Below are positions 57,543-64,000 of a DNA stretch of 64,000 bases, piece by piece. Location: positions 96,001 through 160,000 of the forward strand of contig JBPOGH010000005.1 of the NCBI GenBank assembly GCA_051252135.1, in the 5' to 3' direction. Within the stretch, counting starts at the first letter, position 1. Each line of letters opens with the position of its first letter. The notes beneath the pieces were generated by a model. It ran no database searches, was not told the DNA's origin, and worked only from the letters and a program-made list of their open reading frames with translations. The translations under genes and the position numbers were made by a program. The stretch comes from Verrucomicrobiaceae bacterium (GTDB lineage: Bacteria > Verrucomicrobiota > Verrucomicrobiia > Verrucomicrobiales > Akkermansiaceae).

Positions 57543-59144
57543 CTAAACATCGAAGAAATCATCCCCGAATGCCCCGGACTTCTGCAGGTAGTAGTCGTAG
57601 TCACCCGCATACTTCTTCACCTCACCCCCTTCGATGTGCCAGGTGTGCTGGGCCAAGGAGCGAATGAAGTGCACATCGTGCGAAATAAACACCAGCGTTC
57701 CCTCGAACTGCTTCAACGCCGAGACCAAGGCCTCAATCGAAGTCAAATCCAGGTGCGTCGTCGGCTCGTCCATCAAGAGAAGGTTCGGTGGATCCACCAG
57801 GAACTTCACCAGCGACAAACGACTCTTCTCCCCTCCGGAAAGGACGCCCACTTTTTTCGCCACGTCCTCTTTCTTAAACAGGAAGGAGCCCAAAATCGCC
57901 CGCGCTTCATCATCGCGCATCCCGCCACCGGCATCGCAGACCTCTTTCAAGACCGTGTTGCCTTCATTCAAGGTCGCCGCCCGGTGCTGCGAGAAATAAC
58001 CGATCTTGGTCGTCGTCCCCACATTCCGCTTACCCGCATCGCCCTTCTCGGCGCCCGCGAGCATCTTCATCAGCGTCGATTTACCCGCTCCGTTGGGCCC
58101 CACCAACACGATGCGATCTCCCCGCTCAATATGGACATCCAGATTCTTGTAAATGACCTTGTCGCCATACGCCTTGTCGACGTTCTCAAGCGAGATCACC
58201 CGCTGGGTCGATCTCGGAGGCTGCGGAAAGTGAAAGTGGAAAAGCTTACGCTGCTTCCGCGGCTTCGGAAGCTTGTCCATCTTCTCAATCATCTTGATCC
58301 GGCTCTGCACCTGCGATGCCTTCGATCCCACCGACCGGAAGCGATCAATGAATGATTGAATCTTCGCAATCTCCTTCTTCTGGTTCTGGAAGGCACGCAT
58401 CTGCTGGTCATACTTCTCATCCTTCAGCTCCACATAACGGGAGTAATTCCCCTCATACGGCGTGAGCTGCTGCTGATCGATCTCATAGACCTTCTCAATC
58501 ACGCCATCCATGAACGAACGGTCGTGCGAAATAATCAAAAGCGCACCGGGATAGCTCTTCAGGTAACGCTGGAACCACATCAACGAGTTCAGGTCCAGGT
58601 GGTTCGTCGGCTCATCCAGCATCAGGAGATCAGGCTCCTCCACCAACAGTCGCGCCAAGTGCGCCCGCATGATCCAACCACCCGAAAAGACGTTTGCCGG
58701 ACGCTTGAAATCTTCCTGCGCATAGCCCAGTCCCGCCAAAATCTTCTTCGCCTTCGGCTCCATCTGGAACCCGTTGAGCTCTTCGTATCGGTCCTGCGCT
58801 TTCGCAAACTCCGGAGAATCCGTCGTCCCGTCACGCTCCGCCTCACGAAGGGTCGCCATCACCTTCTGAAGCTCATCCGAAATCCCCATCGCGATCTCCA
58901 AAATGGTCGCCTCCCCCGGATTGCCCGCTTCCTGCTCGAGGTAGCCAATCATGGCATACTCCTCCTTCATAATGGACCCGCCGTCCTTCTCCTCCTCACC
59001 CAGGATGATTTTGAAAATGGTCGACTTCCCCGCGCCGTTCGCGCCCACCAGCGCAACACGCTCTCCCCAGTTAATAATCATGTCAGCATCCTCAAAGAGG
59101 ACACGACCACCCATGGACTTGCGGAGTTTTTTGATGGTAAGCAT
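57543..59144 (-). CDS. ABC-F family ribosome-associated ATPase
   Basis: Two ABC domains (GANGAGKS/FSGGW/LDEPTNHLD; GPNGAGKS/LSGGE/MDEPTTHLD), no TM. Confidence 0.92.
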   Translation of the reverse strand: MLTIKKLRKSMGGRVLFEDADMIINWGERVALVGANGAGKSTIFKIILGEEEKDGGSIMKEEYAMIGYLEQEAGNPGEATILEIAMGISDELQKVMATLREAERDGTTDSPEFAKAQDRYEELNGFQMEPKAKKILAGLGYAQEDFKRPANVFSGGWIMRAHLARLLVEEPDLLMLDEPTNHLDLNSLMWFQRYLKSYPGALLIISHDRSFMDGVIEKVYEIDQQQLTPYEGNYSRYVELKDEKYDQQMRAFQNQKKEIAKIQSFIDRFRSVGSKASQVQSRIKMIEKMDKLPKPRKQRKLFHFHFPQPPRSTQRVISLENVDKAYGDKVIYKNLDVHIERGDRIVLVGPNGAGKSTLMKMLAGAEKGDAGKRNVGTTTKIGYFSQHRAATLNEGNTVLKEVCDAGGGMRDDEARAILGSFLFKKEDVAKKVGVLSGGEKSRLSLVKFLVDPPNLLLMDEPTTHLDLTSIEALVSALKQFEGTLVFISHDVHFIRSLAQHTWHIEGGEVKKYAGDYDYYLQKSGAFGDDFFDV

Positions 59145-59279
59145 GGCTAAAAATGTGCGTTGGAGCGCGGGGATGTCAGCGCGACAGCCAAAAGAGTCAA
59201 GTACAGTCCGCTTCACATTCCTCCCTCCCGGAGCTTTCCCCATTGAAAATCCCCCCTCCATACAGTTCCCTTTCCTTCA

Positions 59280-60806
59280 ATGAAGCTCCTCTCGCTCTTC
59301 CTCCTCACCCCCCTCCTGGCCGCCGCCAAACCCAACATCGTCTTCATCCTCGCCGATGACCTCGGCATCAAGGACCTCTCCTGCGAAGGCTCCAGCTTCT
59401 ACGAAACCCCGCACATCGACAGCATCGCCACTTCCGGTATGCGCTTCACCAACGGCTACTCCGCCTGCCAGGTCTGCTCCCCCTCCCGCGCCGCCATCAT
59501 GTCCGGCCAATATCCCGCCCGCATCCAGATCACCGACTGGATCGGCGCCGCCACCGGCATGGACTGGAAGCGAAACGACCGCGTCCTTCCCACCGAATAC
59601 GTCCACAAAATGCCCACCGACATCACCACCGTCGCCGAAGCGCTCAAGGACGGCGGCTACCGCACTTTCTTCGCCGGAAAATGGCACATCGGCGGCGAGG
59701 GCTCCGCGCCCGAAGACCACGGCTTCGAGGTCAACAAAGGCGGACACCACCGCGGCTCCCCTCCCGGCGGCTTCTTCTCCCCCTACAACAACCCCGTCCT
59801 CACCGACGGCCCCGACGGCGAATCCCTCCCCATTCGCCTTGCGAACGAAACCGCCAGTTACATCACCCAAAAATCCGACAAACCCTTCTTCGCCTTCCTC
59901 TCCTTCTACTCCGTCCACGGCCCCATCCAGACCACCCCCGAACTTTGGGAAAAGTACCGTAAAAAAGCCACTGCCGCCGGACTCGTTAAGGAGCGCTTCA
60001 AGATCGACCGCACCATGGCCGTCCGCCAGGTCCAGGACTGCCCCATCTACGCCGGCATGATGGAATCCATGGATGACGCCGTCGGCATCGTCCTCGAAAC
60101 CCTCGAAAAGAAAGGCCTCGCCGACAACACCATCGTCATCTTCACCTCGGACAATGGCGGCGTCTCTTCCGGCGACGCCTTCGCCACCTCCTGCCTCCCC
60201 CTCCGCGGCGGAAAAGGACGCCAATGGGAAGGCGGCATCCGCCAACCCTACTACATCAACGCCCCCGGCATCACCAAGCCCGGATCAACCTCCGCCCAAT
60301 TCGCCACCGGCACCGACTTCTTCCCCACCCTCCTCGAGCTCGCCGGCCTCAAACAACTCCCCGAGCAACACATCGACGGTCGCTCCCTCGTCCCCGCCCT
60401 CAAAGGCCAATCATCCGACCGCGCCCTCTACTGGCACTACCCCCACTACGGAAACCAGGGCGGCGAACCCTCCAGCATCGTCCGCGAGGGCGACTACAAA
60501 CTCATCCGATACTACGAGGACGGCCGCGAGGAACTCTACAATCTCTCCAAAGACATCGGGGAACAAAAGGACCTCGCCAGCTACCACCCCGACCTCGTCA
60601 AAACCCTCTCCCAAAAACTCACCGCCCACCTCAACGAGGTCGGAGCCAAAATCCCCCAACCCGACCCCCGCTTCAACGAAGCCAAAAAACGCGCCCACCT
60701 CGAAAACCTCCACACCAAAGGAAAAGCGAAACTCGAAAAACAACACGCCAACTTCCTCGCCCCCGACTTCAAGCCCAACAAAACCTGGTGGGGCTCGATC
60801 GACTAA
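59280..60806 (+). CDS. Cys-type (S1, formylglycine-dependent) sulfatase
   Basis: Signal peptide; PNIVFILADDLG, CSPSRAAIMSG, GKWH, FTSDNG, WEGGIR. Confidence 0.93.
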   Translation: MKLLSLFLLTPLLAAAKPNIVFILADDLGIKDLSCEGSSFYETPHIDSIATSGMRFTNGYSACQVCSPSRAAIMSGQYPARIQITDWIGAATGMDWKRNDRVLPTEYVHKMPTDITTVAEALKDGGYRTFFAGKWHIGGEGSAPEDHGFEVNKGGHHRGSPPGGFFSPYNNPVLTDGPDGESLPIRLANETASYITQKSDKPFFAFLSFYSVHGPIQTTPELWEKYRKKATAAGLVKERFKIDRTMAVRQVQDCPIYAGMMESMDDAVGIVLETLEKKGLADNTIVIFTSDNGGVSSGDAFATSCLPLRGGKGRQWEGGIRQPYYINAPGITKPGSTSAQFATGTDFFPTLLELAGLKQLPEQHIDGRSLVPALKGQSSDRALYWHYPHYGNQGGEPSSIVREGDYKLIRYYEDGREELYNLSKDIGEQKDLASYHPDLVKTLSQKLTAHLNEVGAKIPQPDPRFNEAKKRAHLENLHTKGKAKLEKQHANFLAPDFKPNKTWWGSID

Positions 60807-60808
60807 AG

Positions 60809-60839
60809 GCAGGGACCTTTCTCCGAAAGGTCCGGCTGC
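60809..60839. terminator. GC-rich hairpin between convergent genes (terminator or REP-like)
   Basis: GGACCTTTC-tcc-GAAAGGTCC with outer GCAG/CTGC; no clear U tract. Confidence 0.4.
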
Positions 60840-60853
60840 TTCCACTTCACCCC

Positions 60854-61714
60854 TCACTTCCGGAACCGATACACCTTCGCCCCCTCGAAGGAATCCGGCA
60901 CCTCGCCCCCCATCGCCACCACCGTCGCGAGCCCATCGGCCAACCACGCTTCCCGCGCCTCCACCGCCACCACCCTCTTCGGTGGTGGACTCTCCCCCGT
61001 CTTCGGATCAATCAAATGATTCGCCGCTGACGTCGCACTCAGCCGCTCCCCGCTCCCGCTCGACACCGCCAGAGCCTGCTTGAGCACAATCGCTTCCCCC
61101 TCAACCTCCACTTCCCACGGCTGTTCCCCCACCACCCGATACTCCCCAAAGTTCACCAGCGCCGACGCCACCTTCCCCTCCAAAAACTCCGCCACCCGGT
61201 CCGTCGCCACCCCCTGCGCAATCCCGTTAAACGAAAGCGCCATCCCCTCCGGCAACTCGACCCCTTCGGTCAATTTTACCCGCGAAAAATCCACCAGCGC
61301 CCGCCTCCGCACAGCCTCTTCCTCATCCGGCTCCCGCCCCGCGCCATACTCCCCCTTCACCCACTCCAGATACAAGTGAATCGACGGATCAAAATCACCC
61401 CCGGTCGCTTCATAGAGAGCCGAAGCCTTCCCCAGCAACTCCACCATCGTCGCCGATGGCTCCAAAAGCCGCCCTTCCCGGTTCAGCCGCCTCAACTCCG
61501 ACCCCTCATCCCAAAGAGAAGCCGCCCGCTCCACTTCCTGCGCCAACCTGAATCCCTCATCACCCATCGCCATCGCCTCCTTCTCCCCCACCCCACGAAA
61601 CCGAATCGATACCGGAATCCCAAAACAAATCCCACGCCACATCACCTCCCGCTCCTCCTTCCCGCCACACGACGCCAGCCCACCCAGCATCCACAATGCC
61701 TGCCGCCGCTTCAT
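60854..61714 (-). CDS. apbE: FAD:protein FMN transferase (ApbE family) lipoprotein
   Basis: MKRRQAL..LASC signal; SELRRLN, TGGDFDPSI, NGIAQG, HLIDPKTG, ADGLAT. Confidence 0.88.
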   Translation of the reverse strand: MKRRQALWMLGGLASCGGKEEREVMWRGICFGIPVSIRFRGVGEKEAMAMGDEGFRLAQEVERAASLWDEGSELRRLNREGRLLEPSATMVELLGKASALYEATGGDFDPSIHLYLEWVKGEYGAGREPDEEEAVRRRALVDFSRVKLTEGVELPEGMALSFNGIAQGVATDRVAEFLEGKVASALVNFGEYRVVGEQPWEVEVEGEAIVLKQALAVSSGSGERLSATSAANHLIDPKTGESPPPKRVVAVEAREAWLADGLATVVAMGGEVPDSFEGAKVYRFRK

Positions 61715-62451
61715 GACTTCCTCTTCGGGAAAAGCCGCAGCCCCATGATCGTCAGCACGATCACGCTCACCGCCGCCAGATCCGTCAGCACCCATCCCGG
61801 CCAACCAAAAAGCCGCCCCGAATGCGCATCAAGAATCACCCGCGACATCGGCATCCCCGACCGACTCCGCAACGCTTCACTCAACGACTCCTTCTCTTCC
61901 TCACTCAACTCCACAATCCCATCCGCCTTCAACTCCATCCCTGACTCTTCAAACGAAAGGTAATCATCCCCAAACGCCCACCACCTTCCATCCACCCTCA
62001 CCTGCAACAATCCATCCACCTCACCCACCGCCAACACCGGCACCCCGGGAAGCGACAGCTCATCCAAATCAATGATCATCTCACCCGCCCCATCAAAAAC
62101 CCCCACCCGCTCCGGCGTTGCGATCACCAAATGATTCCGCACCCCCACCGCGCCCACCAACTCACCCGGCAGCTCAACAATCTCCCCATCCACAAAGATC
62201 ATCCCATCCCACTCCGATACCATCCGGTCACCCACTTCCAATCCCACCGGTTCACCCTCCGGCATCTGGTGATAACGCTTCAACACCCATCCCGCCGTCA
62301 CTTCCTGATCATGAAAGCCCAGCCGCTCCGCATGATTCAACAATAGCCCGCTCACCGATAACCACAGCAGCGGAAAGGCCGCCAGCACGCCCAGCCAGCG
62401 ATGCCACTGTCGCGCCACCCGACGCCGCCGTTTCGGAGAAGAATCACTCAT
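61711..62451 (-). CDS. PepSY-associated TM helix domain protein
   Basis: WHRWLG...SGLLLNH and LDAHSGRLFG TM motifs. Confidence 0.85.
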   Translation of the reverse strand: MSDSSPKRRRRVARQWHRWLGVLAAFPLLWLSVSGLLLNHAERLGFHDQEVTAGWVLKRYHQMPEGEPVGLEVGDRMVSEWDGMIFVDGEIVELPGELVGAVGVRNHLVIATPERVGVFDGAGEMIIDLDELSLPGVPVLAVGEVDGLLQVRVDGRWWAFGDDYLSFEESGMELKADGIVELSEEEKESLSEALRSRSGMPMSRVILDAHSGRLFGWPGWVLTDLAAVSVIVLTIMGLRLFPKRKS

Positions 62452-62930
62452 TTGATCGTATCCAGATAAAGCGCCAATCGCGCCAGCTTCGTCAGCGCCC
62501 GCACCGAGAGTGTCGCCCCCGCCACATTCTTAACCCCCTTGCTCAACTGCCCGTTCCCGGCCAGCGATGCCCCGCTAAACTGCCGCGTAAACGCCGGACG
62601 AGCCACTTCCGATCCGTGCGATTCCCGATAAATGAGAACCTTCACCGAGGCAATCTTTCCACCCGACACCACAAACCCCGTCGTGATATACTCGGTCTTC
62701 CCGATCTCCTCCAAAATGAACGCCGTCTTCCCCCCCTTCTCCCAATATCGAATCGATGACGTCTTGTAGCGCTTCCCCAATATCGCCTGCACCTGCTTCA
62801 GCTGCACCCCGTTGGGAGTCACCGCCTTTGTCGCCGGAATACTCCCCAAACTCGTCCGCACAAAATCCGACGGCTTCAGATAAACCCGCTCAGCAGAAAA
62901 GGCGTTCCCCCCACTCAGGAGGAACGCCAT
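62448..62930 (-). CDS. FMN-binding domain protein (flavinylation substrate)
   Basis: GKTEYIT, YRESHG, VAGATLS flavinylation-like motif; start uncertain (62930-62951). Confidence 0.8.
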   Translation of the reverse strand: MAFLLSGGNAFSAERVYLKPSDFVRTSLGSIPATKAVTPNGVQLKQVQAILGKRYKTSSIRYWEKGGKTAFILEEIGKTEYITTGFVVSGGKIASVKVLIYRESHGSEVARPAFTRQFSGASLAGNGQLSKGVKNVAGATLSVRALTKLARLALYLDTIK

Positions 62931-62952
62931 CACGAAAAAGAGCGACCGCAGC

Positions 62953-64000
62953 CTAGAAGCTGTAGCCGACACCGAGATTAACTGTGTTTGTATCATTCTG
63001 AACACCGCCCTTTTCTTCCTTCAGAAGGTTGTAATCCACCTTGAACACCACATTGTCAACAGGCCAGTAGTTCACCCCAACGGTATACTCGTCAGCTTCA
63101 ATCCGGCCTGTTTTGGCATACTCGTAGTGGCTGTAGCGCCCAAAGACCCCCACACTGCTTCCATTGTTGAAATTCCAGCGATAAGAGGGCTCAACGAAGT
63201 AGCCCCACTGGCTATCCGCATCCGCCGCCGCAAATGACGCCCCGTCAATATCCCAATGGGAAGCCAGCGCACGGATTCCAAATCCTCCGTTATGATACTG
63301 CGCAGCCGCTCCCAAAAGGAGCGCCGAGTTGTCTTCCGCGGTCGAACCCGCAATATCACTCTGGAAGTTGGCGAAACCGCTCAGGCTCAATCCATTTCCA
63401 TTGTCGTAGCGAACCCGCCCCGTCGCCGCCCAGTTGGTCGCAATTGCCTGCGCCACTTTCTCACGACCGGAACGAATGTTCATGTCCCCACCCACATCGA
63501 GCCCGGAGTGCACCGCAAAGTCGACCCCCACTCCGCTGTCGAAGTTCTTGGTCAGACCCGCTCCACCTTCCCACCAGGTCGTCGGAATGATGTTCTTCTC
63601 CACATTGTTCCGCTCCACTCCGTAAAAGGTGTTCGGCTCATGCACCTCGTTCAACAGCCCAACCGGCACCAGAAAGAGACCCGCCTTGGAACTCAGACCA
63701 TTGTCATGGTCCATTTCAATGTAAGCCTGCTCCAGCTCCACTTCACCCGGCTTGCCATTGCCACTCAGCGAGTGCTCCAGCTCAAACTCCGAGAACAATT
63801 TCACGCGATCATTGAAACGATGATTCACGAAAAGCACCCAGCGGTGAAAATCAATCTCATCCTTGTCACCCATGTTCAGGTGCATTTCCCCATACCCGCC
63901 AATGCTGGTTTTCTCCCACCAGCCTCCGCCACCGGTTCCTCCTCCCATGAAGGCCGAATCAATGCTCTCCCCGCCTTGCGATGGCGCGGCCACCACCGAC
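62953..64000 (-). CDS. Outer-membrane porin-like beta-barrel (5' end beyond the window)
   Basis: IGGYGE, FELEH, EVELEQAY, alternating beta strands, C-terminal GVGYSF. Confidence 0.8.
   Translation of the reverse strand, partial: SVVAAPSQGGESIDSAFMGGGTGGGGWWEKTSIGGYGEMHLNMGDKDEIDFHRWVLFVNHRFNDRVKLFSEFELEHSLSGNGKPGEVELEQAYIEMDHDNGLSSKAGLFLVPVGLLNEVHEPNTFYGVERNNVEKNIIPTTWWEGGAGLTKNFDSGVGVDFAVHSGLDVGGDMNIRSGREKVAQAIATNWAATGRVRYDNGNGLSLSGFANFQSDIAGSTAEDNSALLLGAAAQYHNGGFGIRALASHWDIDGASFAAADADSQWGYFVEPSYRWNFNNGSSVGVFGRYSHYEYAKTGRIEADEYTVGVNYWPVDNVVFKVDYNLLKEEKGGVQNDTNTVNLGVGYSF

Noticed and set aside
1..64000. Many long alternative-frame ORFs (Pro/Ser/Thr-rich on +, Gly/Glu/Val-rich on -)
   Set aside because: They are shadows of real genes caused by high GC and extreme C/G skew; no recognisable motifs.
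1..64000. Search for tRNA, rRNA, CRISPR arrays, IS elements, integrases, prophage and defence genes
   Set aside because: No cloverleaf/T-loop signatures, regularly spaced direct repeats or mobile-element protein motifs seen by eye.

Overview
A gene-dense, mostly core-genome bacterial region with about 60 CDS. It is very probably from a Verrucomicrobiota (Verrucomicrobiales-like) chromosome; this is inferred from gene content and protein style, not from a search. Housekeeping genes include argH, trmB, glgA, rsmB, trmD, fusA, rsmA, tcdA, rpmJ, ruvB, fabI, hisA, serS, dnaE and dinB. They are interspersed with secreted proteins: a giant GH13 enzyme, two cyclophilins, a metzincin protease, a double CBM-like protein, an FGE-family protein and a sulfatase. 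I found no rRNA, tRNA, CRISPR array, transposase, integrase or phage genes. Best candidates for an undescribed system: (1) a PspA/Vipp1 (bacterial ESCRT-III family) gene, a 50-aa membrane peptide missed by the ORF track and a classical-clade AAA+ ATPase in one apparent operon (5689-8259), resembling an ESCRT-III/Vps4-type membrane-remodelling module; (2) three tandem envelope paralogues sharing a C-terminal beta domain (47380-49481); (3) a shared 'S-x-D/N-L-x-x-W...Y/F-R' terminal module on several exported proteins; (4) a structured RNA with terminator/antiterminator potential upstream of serS. Window-wide, the + strand shows extreme C>G skew and many genes look leaderless. Start codons were refined by eye where the ORF track over-extends. 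All family calls come from motif recognition, not database searches.
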